Source: Patescibacteria group bacterium (GTDB lineage: Bacteria; Patescibacteriota; Patescibacteriia; UBA2196). From it: a stretch of 64,000 nucleotides of DNA. The stretch covers positions 366 through 64,365 of the forward strand of contig JAQTPI010000006.1 of the NCBI GenBank assembly GCA_028748975.1, read 5' to 3'. Below the pieces are notes generated by a model that was given only the letters and a program-made list of their open reading frames with translations, did no database searches and was not told the DNA's origin. Position numbers and translations under genes: made by a program. This document shows positions 48,262 to 56,753 of this stretch, piece after piece; position 1 is the stretch's first letter; the number at the start of each line of letters is the position of its first letter.

Positions 48262-48729
48262 ATGCTCTCTCATTCCCCCTCCCAAACCAAAACCATTGCC
48301 AAAAAACTTGCCTCTCAGTTAAAACCCGGCGCGGTTTTGGCTTTGGTCGGTGATCTCGGCGCCGGCAAAACCCATTTTGTCAAAGGTTTGGCTGAATATT
48401 TTGGCATTAAAAAAAATATTACTTCCCCGACTTTCGTTTTATTGAAAATTTATCCAATAACTAAAGTTTATCCCGAGCGAGCGGAGCGAGCCGAGGGATC
48501 TCGTAATAGAAATAAAATTAAAAAATTAATTCACCTTGACTGCTATCGCCTCAGTCATCCTGACGAACTTCTCGCCATCGGCTTCCGGGAATTTTTACAA
48601 GATAAAAATTGTTTGGTTGTAATTGAATGGGCCGACAAAATCAAAACTCTCTTGCCGAAAAATACCACTTGGCTAAAATTCAGTTTAGGCCAGAAAGAAA
48701 ATGAAAGAAAAATTGAAATCAAAAAATAA
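48262..48729 (+). CDS. tsaE: t6A synthesis ATPase TsaE (with in-frame palindrome insertion)
   Basis: GDLGAGKT, SPTF, HLDCYRL, IEW. Confidence 0.96.
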   Translation: MLSHSPSQTKTIAKKLASQLKPGAVLALVGDLGAGKTHFVKGLAEYFGIKKNITSPTFVLLKIYPITKVYPERAERAEGSRNRNKIKKLIHLDCYRLSHPDELLAIGFREFLQDKNCLVVIEWADKIKTLLPKNTTWLKFSLGQKENERKIEIKK

Positions 48730-48777
48730 AAAATCTCCGTTCTTCAACGGAGATTTTTAAATTTCATTATTCTTAGT

Positions 48778-49236
48778 CTATGAATAATCACATTCTGCAA
48801 AATCCAAGTCCAACTCGTCAACCTTCTCGTGGGTTAAGGGCACTTTTCCAATAATCTTCATTTTGGCAAAAGATGTTTTCCAGCCCAAACCACTGTCAGA
48901 ATCAGTGTCCAATCCGCTACCTTCCAAAATGTACAAAAATTTAGCTTTTTTTCCATATAATTTCTTTGTATTTGTAGCATAATGTACGCAGTTATCGTCG
49001 CCGGGTAAAATAAAATCACCAACTTCAAAATTTTTGTCTGAACAATGATAACCATTAATTACCCTTTCAAAACCAGTTTCTTGTCTCTCTCTTATTATTT
49101 CCTCAATTTTCCCAACCGAAGATTTTTCCCATTTTTTTCTCACTTCTTCCGGTAACTGATTCAGCAGGGCTTCTTTAAAAGTTTTCGTTAAACCAGCCTT
49201 TTTATCAATTTGTTTTTCAATTGTTTTTACTGTCAT
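48778..49236 (-). CDS. hypothetical protein, possible Arr-like ADP-ribosyltransferase fold
   Basis: YHCS...FEVGD.I.PG, VHY, LYILE.SG..D, S...MKIIGKV pattern. Confidence 0.5.
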   Translation of the reverse strand: MTVKTIEKQIDKKAGLTKTFKEALLNQLPEEVRKKWEKSSVGKIEEIIRERQETGFERVINGYHCSDKNFEVGDFILPGDDNCVHYATNTKKLYGKKAKFLYILEGSGLDTDSDSGLGWKTSFAKMKIIGKVPLTHEKVDELDLDFAECDYS

Positions 49237-49246
49237 ATGTTTTATA

Positions 49247-49612
49247 TTAAATATATTTCTCCTGTTTAATTTTTGCCGAACGATTTTTAACATCCAGCTC
49301 TACTGAAATTATATCAAATCGGTAGTTTTGATTCAAACCATAATTATTCTCTTTCAAATATTTCTGCGCCGTGTAGGTCAGCCGCGCTTTTTTGCGCCGG
49401 TCCACCGCCTCCGACGGACTCCCGTAAAAAATTCCGCTTCTGGTTTTCACTTCCACAAAAACCACGTCTTTTGTTTTCTGGTCATAGACGACTAAATCCG
49501 CCTCGCCATGCCGACTATGATAATTGCCGGATAAAATTTTGTAACCCCTTTCCTCCAAAAACTTCCGCGCCAAATCCTCGCCCAAATTGCCTAATGATTT
49601 TTTGGTATTCAT
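49247..49612 (-). CDS. YraN/UPF0102 endonuclease-like protein
   Basis: G..GE..A..FL...GY.IL..NY....GE.DL, VFVEVKTR, YRFDII. Confidence 0.95.
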   Translation of the reverse strand: MNTKKSLGNLGEDLARKFLEERGYKILSGNYHSRHGEADLVVYDQKTKDVVFVEVKTRSGIFYGSPSEAVDRRKKARLTYTAQKYLKENNYGLNQNYRFDIISVELDVKNRSAKIKQEKYI

Positions 49613-49622
49613 ACTCTTCCTG

Positions 49623-49750
49623 GTGTCATCCTGAGGCCGATATCACATCAGCCGAAGGATCCCCTGCGAACTTGGGGAGGTAGTATTTTTTACGCTTTTC
49701 CCATTTGCCACGGGGTCCTTCGTCCCGAGTAATCGGGACTCAGGACAGGT
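49623..49750. repeat. REP-like doublet
   Basis: fills yebC-yraN gap, homologous to 14388-14539. Confidence 0.8.
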
Positions 49751-49760
49751 TGTAAAAAAA

Positions 49761-50480
49761 TTACATTAGATTAGTAAAATATTCCGCCACGTCCTGATGC
49801 TCTTCCAAGTCATCAATTAATTTATGTAATTTTTCACTCGTCTCATCGGAAATTTCCATTTTCTCTTTAGCCAAATATTCTACTCCGGCCGCTTCAATTT
49901 TAATTCCATCTTTTTCCAAACCGTCTTTAACTCTCCGCAAATCCTCCGGTTTGGTATAAATTATTATATCATTCTCTTCTTCTAAAAAATCTTCCGCCCC
50001 CAAATCAATCACCTTTAATTCAAACTCCTCATTATTCATTTTTAATTTTTCATTTTTCACTATTATTACACCTTTCCTCTCAAACATCCAACTTACTGCG
50101 CCAGGAGTTGCTAAAATTCCGCCGTGATTGGCAAAAAGATGTTTTAATTCATTAAAAGTTCGGTTGCTGTTGTCGCTGATGGCTTCCATAATAAAAGCGA
50201 CTTGGCCCGGACCAAAACCTTCATAAACAGTGTGGTTAAGTTGCGCTCCGCCCGCTCCGCCAGAGCCCCTGGCAATAGCACGGTCAATGTTTTCTTTGGG
50301 CATGCTCACGGCTTTAGCGCGGTCAATGGCCAGGCGCAAATTAAAATTCATCTCCGGGTCAGCCCCTAAGCGCGCCGCCACGGAAATGGCATTGGACAGC
50401 TTGGTAAAAGCGCTACCGCGCCGCTGGTCCACCACTTCTTTTTTTCTTTTAGTTGTCGCCCATTTGGAATGTCCGCTCAT
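49761..50480 (-). CDS. yebC: YebC/PmpR family protein
   Basis: MSGHSKW, MPKENIDRAI, YEGFGPG, DN.NRT, WMFERKG. Confidence 0.97.
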   Translation of the reverse strand: MSGHSKWATTKRKKEVVDQRRGSAFTKLSNAISVAARLGADPEMNFNLRLAIDRAKAVSMPKENIDRAIARGSGGAGGAQLNHTVYEGFGPGQVAFIMEAISDNSNRTFNELKHLFANHGGILATPGAVSWMFERKGVIIVKNEKLKMNNEEFELKVIDLGAEDFLEEENDIIIYTKPEDLRRVKDGLEKDGIKIEAAGVEYLAKEKMEISDETSEKLHKLIDDLEEHQDVAEYFTNLM

Positions 50481-50641
50481 TTTTGTTGGTTGTCATCCCG
50501 AGGAGTCACGCGACGAGGGATCTCGTAGTAACCCGCTCGGAATATTAAACTAAAGCTAATTTAACCTTATCATTTTAAAACACAAAAATCAAATAAAAAA
50601 GCGGGGCAAACTGAATTGCCACCGCCGTGTTATTTTAACTC

Positions 50642-50965
50642 TTAGCCAGGTAAGATCTCGTGTAATTTTCCGTTCTTAACGCTTAAACTGTGGAGGCCGG
50701 AAAATATCTTTATTTTTTGTTTGTGCCTTTCTTTCAAAAAGAAATTGGTATTGTTTTTTTGGTCCACCTGTATTTTTGCAGTATCTCGACTGCTAATAAT
50801 GAAATCCCCGTCCTTTAGGCGGGCAAAAGGACCCTCCTCTTCCACTTTCAGACGTAGGGGATTTGTTTGAATAACTTCCGCAATATAAGTTCCAATCATT
50901 CCGGTTATCTGAATCACCACATAATCACCAGGATTGGTGGTATACTTTTCGTCCTCATTATTCAT
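50642..50965 (-). CDS. hypothetical protein
   Basis: 107 aa, AAGGGG SD, terminator hairpin downstream. Confidence 0.65.
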   Translation of the reverse strand: MNNEDEKYTTNPGDYVVIQITGMIGTYIAEVIQTNPLRLKVEEEGPFARLKDGDFIISSRDTAKIQVDQKNNTNFFLKERHKQKIKIFSGLHSLSVKNGKLHEILPG

Positions 50966-50987
50966 AGCAACCCCTTATTTTTTATTT

Positions 50988-51185
50988 TCATTTTTTCCTC
51001 TTTACTTCATGATAAAAAATTGTGGTCAAAATGGCGAAATAGCCGTGTTCTGTGTCTGTGGTTTCTGATCTCTGAAACCGCTCCGTAATTTTGATATTAT
51101 TACCCATTTTTGTAAGCCATTTATTTACTTTTCTTTCGTGTGCCGCGGCTTTTCCGTCAGTCTGAAAATATTTTACTTGCTCCAT
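50988..51185 (-). CDS. hypothetical protein
   Basis: 65 aa, AAGGAGG SD, TTGACA promoter near 51280. Confidence 0.65.
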   Translation of the reverse strand: MEQVKYFQTDGKAAAHERKVNKWLTKMGNNIKITERFQRSETTDTEHGYFAILTTIFYHEVKRKK

Positions 51186-51399
51186 TTTTTCCTCCTTTTG
51201 TGTGATTTTGGCACGATTGCCATTTTTTAATAAAGATCCTTATTCGTCTTAATCCTAACGCACTTATAATTTTATGTCAAAGGATAAAAATACTTGATTT
51301 TTTAATACAAAAATTCTATACTAAAACTTGGGTTTTGTTATTTGCCTGCCCGCTTCGAGTCGCGAAGCGAGTCGGGTGGGTGTTTTGAGCTTTGTTCAA

Positions 51400-51643
51400 G
51401 CTGGAGTGGCGGAATTGGCCCGCCTCGACTCGCCTCGCTTGTCGAGGCGAGGCGGGTATACCTGCCCGCCATATGCCTTGAGCCGGAGTGGTGAAATTGG
51501 CAGACACGCCAGGTTTAGGACCTGGTGCCGAAAGGTTTGTGGGTTCGAGTCCCACCTCCGGCATAAGGCAAATGGCAGGCAGGCGCGCCCCGCAAATGCG
51601 GGGTTCCCGCAAGGGATTGAGAGTTCGAGTCTCTCCTCCAGCA
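51400..51643 (+). pseudogene. outer tRNA-Leu-like gene interrupted by palindromes and a nested tRNA
   Basis: acceptor GCTGGAG/CTCCAGC-A, D-arm GCGGAATTGG[ins]TATA[ins]CGCG, variable arm CCCGCAAGGG, T-arm GAGAG-TTCGAGT-CTCTC, non-canonical anticodon arm. Confidence 0.8.
51482..51563 (+). tRNA. tRNA-Leu (TAG)
   Basis: GCCGGAG acceptor, CCAGG-TTTAGGA-CCTGG anticodon arm (TAG 51516-51518), long variable arm, GTGGG-TTCGAGT-CCCAC. Confidence 0.96.
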
Positions 51644-51803
51644 TTAAAAGTTACAGAAATTTTTTATAAATTTCTGTTTTTTTATTTATTTTTTTGCACT
51701 TGACATTAAATATCAACTATGCTAAACTTAAATATTATCGAATTTTCGATAATCCCTGCCACGGGGAACCCGTGGAAATTCAAAATCAAAAAAGGAGGAA
51801 GTT

Positions 51804-52589
51804 ATGAAGGAAAAATTAATAACGGCAGAAGAGCTAAAATCATTGCTTCTGGCGCGTTATCGTATGGATCAAGAAAAAAATGTAAGGTTACAAACACGCC
51901 TCCAACAAGAACTTGGTCAAGAACTTGGTAATGAGGCGCAAAAAGAGGGGCCAGAAGTCGTCGCAATCAATAACAAATTAGCCGACTGGCTCTGTGATAT
52001 AGTTGCTCAGCGCCTCAAACAAAATTGCCATGATGTTCCACTTCTCTCGACTCAAGATCTCGTCAAGTTCGTCCCCGCCATACTTGAAGTTCTTGAGCAA
52101 GGAGAAAACAGCAAACTTGATGATGTAGAACGCAAAAGGTTTGAAAAAACCATGGAAATTGTGTTTAATAACTACCTCGAAATGGTGTTTAGTCTGGTGC
52201 CTGCAGAAAAAAATATTTATGAAGAGTATTGGCGATGGATAGAGATCGTTCTCAAGCTTGCGGCCGAACGCAATGTTCCGCCGACGGAACTTTTCAATCT
52301 TGAAGATACGGCCGACGAAATCACGCGGCAAATGCTCTCTAAAGAACAATTTATCGCTATTTCCAAAAAAGCGGTAGATAAATTCGTTAACGCTGACACT
52401 CTCAAAAAAACTCTCTTCCAACCAACACTCGACGCTCTGGCCGACGGTGACGAACAAGAACGTCAAGAGTTGGAGCAAGAATTTGAAAAAGAAATTATGC
52501 CGCAATTACGTGAGATTGCTGAAAAATCCAACAAAATTATCAAGATTTTTTTTGACGAGGAAACCGCGCGAATTTATACCATAACCTAA
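51804..52589 (+). CDS. hypothetical acidic helical protein
   Basis: AAGGAGG SD, TTGACA-17-TAAACT at 51700-51728, terminator about 52608-52655. Confidence 0.75.
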   Translation: MKEKLITAEELKSLLLARYRMDQEKNVRLQTRLQQELGQELGNEAQKEGPEVVAINNKLADWLCDIVAQRLKQNCHDVPLLSTQDLVKFVPAILEVLEQGENSKLDDVERKRFEKTMEIVFNNYLEMVFSLVPAEKNIYEEYWRWIEIVLKLAAERNVPPTELFNLEDTADEITRQMLSKEQFIAISKKAVDKFVNADTLKKTLFQPTLDALADGDEQERQELEQEFEKEIMPQLREIAEKSNKIIKIFFDEETARIYTIT

Positions 52590-52775
52590 TTCAATCCCAA
52601 CAACATTAACCTCTCACAGATTCGCCATAAACGAATCTTTGTGAGAGGTTTTTTCTTTTTTCAAAAAAACATTTTATTGAAAAAAATATCACAATAAGCT
52701 ATGATTAATTTGTAATCACTTTTTCTTGCTTTCCTTATTTTTTTCTAATCACTCTTCTCTAATCTCTATTCTCTT

Positions 52776-53246
52776 ATGATAATTTTAGGCATCGATCCCG
52801 GCTATGCCATTACTGGCTGGGCCATTTTGGAAAAAAAAGGCGCCAAACTAATACCCCTTGATTACGGCGCCATTGAAACAATGTCCGGCCTGCCCCATGC
52901 CGAACGGCTTTTAATTCTGCACCAAGCACTGCAAAAAATTATTAAAAAATTTAAACCCGAACTTCTCTCGGTGGAAGAACTTTTCTTTTTCAAAAATTTA
53001 AAAACTGCCATCAAAGTGGCGGAAGCGCGCGGCGTGATTCTTGCTGTTGCCGCCGAAGCTGGTTTAAAAATTTTAGAAATTACTCCGCTTCAAATTAAAC
53101 AAGCTCTTGTCGGCTATGGCCGCGCTGAAAAAAAACAGGTTCAGCAAATGGTCAAAGTAATTCTGGGCCTGAAAGAAATTCCCGAGCCCGACGACGCCGC
53201 CGACGCCCTTGCCGCCGCGATTACGGGAGCAAACAATCGGCGCTAG
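52776..53246 (+). CDS. ruvC: Holliday junction resolvase RuvC
   Basis: ILGIDPG, VEELFF, ARGVI, GYGRAEK.QV, DDAADALA. Confidence 0.98.
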   Translation: MIILGIDPGYAITGWAILEKKGAKLIPLDYGAIETMSGLPHAERLLILHQALQKIIKKFKPELLSVEELFFFKNLKTAIKVAEARGVILAVAAEAGLKILEITPLQIKQALVGYGRAEKKQVQQMVKVILGLKEIPEPDDAADALAAAITGANNRR

Positions 53247-53566
53247 CCCAATAGTTTATCCCGAGCGACCCCGAGTACTTGGGGGAGTCGAGGGATCTCG
53301 TGGTTTGGTAAATTTTATAATAAAGATATAGGGATATAAGGATATATAAAAACAAGAAAAGCCCGCCCGAACGACTGCTGTCGTTCAGTCGGGCGGGCAA
53401 GAAAAAAGTAAAAAACATTTTTGTAAATACCTCACGATCGTGAGGTATTTACAAAATTAAAAATAAAAAAAGTTTGGTTATTTTCGCGGCCGCAATTTTA
53501 ATCAAACTTTTTTAATTTAAAAAAAACAGCCCCAAAGGAATCGTCCTTCGGGGCTTTTTGAAAATT

Positions 53567-54169
53567 TTACTCACGCACGGCCATAAAACGGCAACCGCCA
53601 TGCCAGTCGTAATACCATTCACGCATGATACAATACAAACCTAACCGACGCCGACCATCGTGTCTATCAAGAAACAACACACAATGATAACCATACGCAT
53701 TCCTCCACGGAGAGCCGAGAGCCACGACAGGAAATTCTCGTTGTTTTTCCGGGTAGATGAAGCCGAACATCAAAAGCTCAGCAGGTTCGGCTGGACGCAA
53801 TCCTCGTAGCTTAAGATCATTGAGAACTGCCTGGTTAGACATATCCCGATCATAGTGGACCAAGACCAGATCGGTGGATTTACCGAGTTCCAACCTGATA
53901 GGGAAATGATCGTCAGTGATGACCGAATCGGACCAGTCGTATTTACCGGCCTTAATCAGGGAGTTGACGGTGGAACCGTTTGGAATGGTTATGGTGTAGA
54001 CATCACCAATGGTCATATCACCGAACTTTCCTTCAATTGCATTCTGTAAACACTTACGCAATTTCAGCAGATCATACGGATAACCTTTCGCCCCCCTGAT
54101 CTGCTTTTCGATTTCGAACAGTTGGGCCAAAAGCCCGTTTTTCAGCTCGCCTGTGACGATGGTCGCCAT
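53567..54169 (-). CDS. hypothetical protein
   Basis: 200 aa, AAGGAGG SD, GLRPA..ELL..G..YPE.QREFP, C-terminal CRFMAVR. Confidence 0.75.
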   Translation of the reverse strand: MATIVTGELKNGLLAQLFEIEKQIRGAKGYPYDLLKLRKCLQNAIEGKFGDMTIGDVYTITIPNGSTVNSLIKAGKYDWSDSVITDDHFPIRLELGKSTDLVLVHYDRDMSNQAVLNDLKLRGLRPAEPAELLMFGFIYPEKQREFPVVALGSPWRNAYGYHCVLFLDRHDGRRRLGLYCIMREWYYDWHGGCRFMAVRE

Positions 54170-54313
54170 GACGAACCTCCTTTGTTGAATTTTCCGCGTT
54201 AGCCCACGGCAGATGTCACCATTATTGGTAACATCTACATTATACTAAATCCACAAATTTTGTCAATAGCCAACAAAAAAACGGGCCAAAGCCCGCTTTT
54301 ATTTTTACCTAAT

Positions 54314-55522
54314 TTAAATTTTTTCACTAAGTTCTAAGTTTATAAATCTCCTCTTTCCCACCTGTATCACCATTCTGTTTTTAATTTCAATTTCTGCCTG
54401 CCAGTCTTTGATGACTTCGTCATCAATTTTTACCCCGCCTTGTTCAACCAAACGTCGTGCTTCAGCTTTACTGGATACCAATTTTGTATTAACCAATAAG
54501 TTCAAAATATTTTGAACTCTGGTTTTAACTCTAACTTTCTCCATTTCCACTGGCTTTTCTTTTTCGCTGAAAACTTTAATAAAATTTTCCCGCGCTTTTT
54601 TGGCTTCCTTTTCTGAATGCAATAATTTTACAACTTCCAAAGCCAAATCCAATTTCAAATCGCGCGGATTCTCGCCTTTCTCCATTCTCTTTTTAATTTT
54701 TCCCAAATCCGCTTTGGTTAAAATTTCAAAACCCGGCAAAATCAAACCATCAGGCCAAGACATTACTTTACCGAATTTATCATTCGCCGAATCAGTCAAG
54801 GCCGCCATGTTGCCTTCGGTTTTGCCCATTTTTTGCCCGCTGGCATCAGTCAAAAGTTTCACCCCAATCACAAATTTTTCTTTGTTTTTCAATGCCTTCA
54901 TCAAATCGCGTCCGGCCAAAATATTGAAAAGCTGATCATTGCCGCCCAGTTCTCCATCCACATCCATGGCGACACAGTCGTAACCCTGCATCAGAGGATA
55001 TAAAAATTCATGAAGATAAATCGGTTTGTTTTCTTTCATGCGCTTGTCAAACATGTCGCGCGCGAGCATCTGCTGCACCGTAAAATTGGAAGCCAAGTTC
55101 ACCACCTCTTCAAACTTAAGTTTGGAAAGCCATTTGCTATTAAATTCTACCCTCACTCCGCCCCAGCCAAATTTCAAAACCGGCGCCAATTGTTTTTTAT
55201 AACCGCTCAAATTTTTCTTTACTTCTTTTTTAGTCAATTGTTTTCGCGCCGCGCTTTTGTCCGTTGGGTCGCCAATCATACCGGTAAAATCTCCCATTAA
55301 AAGAATTGCCTCGTGCCCCAAATCCGCGAATTCTTTCAGTTTTAAAATCGTTACCAAATGCCCGAGGTGTAAATTTGGCCCGGTCGGGTCAATTCCCAGA
55401 TACATTTTCAGTTTTTTGCCGGACATTAATTTTTCCCGCACAAATTCCTTAGATGGCAAAACCGTCTCCACCCCGCGGGAGAGAAACTCGTCAATTCGTT
55501 TTGGATCGGTGATAATTTTCAT
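54314..55522 (-). CDS. tyrS: tyrosine--tRNA ligase
   Basis: GIDPT..LHLGH, YPLMQGYD, GGNDQ, KMGKT, C-terminal S4. Confidence 0.98.
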   Translation of the reverse strand: MKIITDPKRIDEFLSRGVETVLPSKEFVREKLMSGKKLKMYLGIDPTGPNLHLGHLVTILKLKEFADLGHEAILLMGDFTGMIGDPTDKSAARKQLTKKEVKKNLSGYKKQLAPVLKFGWGGVRVEFNSKWLSKLKFEEVVNLASNFTVQQMLARDMFDKRMKENKPIYLHEFLYPLMQGYDCVAMDVDGELGGNDQLFNILAGRDLMKALKNKEKFVIGVKLLTDASGQKMGKTEGNMAALTDSANDKFGKVMSWPDGLILPGFEILTKADLGKIKKRMEKGENPRDLKLDLALEVVKLLHSEKEAKKARENFIKVFSEKEKPVEMEKVRVKTRVQNILNLLVNTKLVSSKAEARRLVEQGGVKIDDEVIKDWQAEIEIKNRMVIQVGKRRFINLELSEKI

Positions 55523-55531
55523 AATCAGCAA

Positions 55532-55683
55532 TGTCATTCCGAGCCACGCGCCAGCGGGCGAGGAATCTTGTAGAATACTAACAAATTTTTATTAAATTAT
55601 TGGTTTTATTGAATTATTGGATTATTATTCTCTTTACTCACGAGATCCTTCGTCCTCGCTCTCGCTCGTCCTCAGGATGACAC
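55532..55683. repeat. REP-like doublet
   Basis: TGTCATTCCGAG...CGAGGAATC and GAGATCCTTCG...CTCAGGATGACAC in inverted orientation. Confidence 0.75.
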
Positions 55684-55742
55684 GCCCTTACTCTTTCTGC
55701 TATAATACTATTATAATTCATTACCCTAATTTATTCAAATTT

Positions 55743-56576
55743 ATGGCTACTTATTCCATCGCCCTTGACATCGGCGCGACCAAAACCGCCGCCGCCTTGC
55801 TCGCCGGCAATAAAATCATCAAAAAAGTCGTCAAGCCCACTGGCGCCGGCCAAAACAAAACAAAAATTTTAAAAAACATCAGCGGCCTCATCCGCTCTCT
55901 TTGGATTCCTAATGTTAAAAAAATTGGAATTGGCCTCGCTGGCCAAATTGACGCCAAAAAAGGCATTGTTAATTCCACCGTCAATTTTAATAAAGATTTC
56001 CGTCAAATCAAGCTGGCAGAAATTTTGAAAAAAGAATTCAAAGTTCCGGTTTCTCTGGATAACGATGTCAAATGTTTTGCCCAAGGTGAACTAAAATTCG
56101 GCCAAGGCAGATATTTTAATAATTTTCTGGCGCTCACTTTTGGCACTGGCATCGGCGGCGCTGTTATTATTGACCAAAAACTTTATCGCGGCAAAAATAA
56201 TTTAGCCGGCGAATTCGGTCATCTGAAAATTGCCGGCACCTGGAGCGGCGAAACACCGCTCTGCGGCTGCGGCCAAAAATATTGTTTTGAATCTTTGGCC
56301 TCTGGCCGCGCTTGGCACAAACTGGCCAAAAAATATGGCGAAAAATCCGCCGACAAAATTATTGCGCCCAATATTGCCGTTGGTTTAGCCAATTTGGCCA
56401 CCGCCTTCAACCCCGAGGCCATCATCGTCGCCGGCGGTTTGATGGACCACAAAGGCCTTTTTGAAAAAGTCAGAAAAGAATTTAACCTTAAAGTTCCCTA
56501 CCCCGTTCTCCGCCAAACCCGCCTGATTAAATCAAAATTAGGCGAAAATGCAATACTATTAGGAGCTTTATTATAA
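55743..56576 (+). CDS. ROK family protein (sugar kinase-like)
   Basis: LDIGATK, DNDVKC, GTGIGG, GEFGH, CGCG..CFE. Confidence 0.95.
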   Translation: MATYSIALDIGATKTAAALLAGNKIIKKVVKPTGAGQNKTKILKNISGLIRSLWIPNVKKIGIGLAGQIDAKKGIVNSTVNFNKDFRQIKLAEILKKEFKVPVSLDNDVKCFAQGELKFGQGRYFNNFLALTFGTGIGGAVIIDQKLYRGKNNLAGEFGHLKIAGTWSGETPLCGCGQKYCFESLASGRAWHKLAKKYGEKSADKIIAPNIAVGLANLATAFNPEAIIVAGGLMDHKGLFEKVRKEFNLKVPYPVLRQTRLIKSKLGENAILLGALL

Positions 56577-56753
56577 AAATTCCAAATTACAAGCACCAAA
56601 TGCCAGCTCCGCTGGCATCCCGCAATTCTGCGGGATGGTTGTTAAAGCAACCACAAACAAATCTCAAATATCAAAATTCAAATTTCAAACAAATTGGCGC
56701 TCCGCGCCAACCGTTTGTTATTTGGAATTTGTAATTTGGTGCTTCTTTTCTAT

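Noticed and set aside
51516-51518. tRNA with TAG as an amber suppressor
   Set aside because: Anticodon TAG reads Leu CTA codons. A suppressor would need anticodon CTA.
51316-51703. Several short ORFs over the tRNA locus
   Set aside because: They are shadows of GC-rich tRNA and palindrome sequence.
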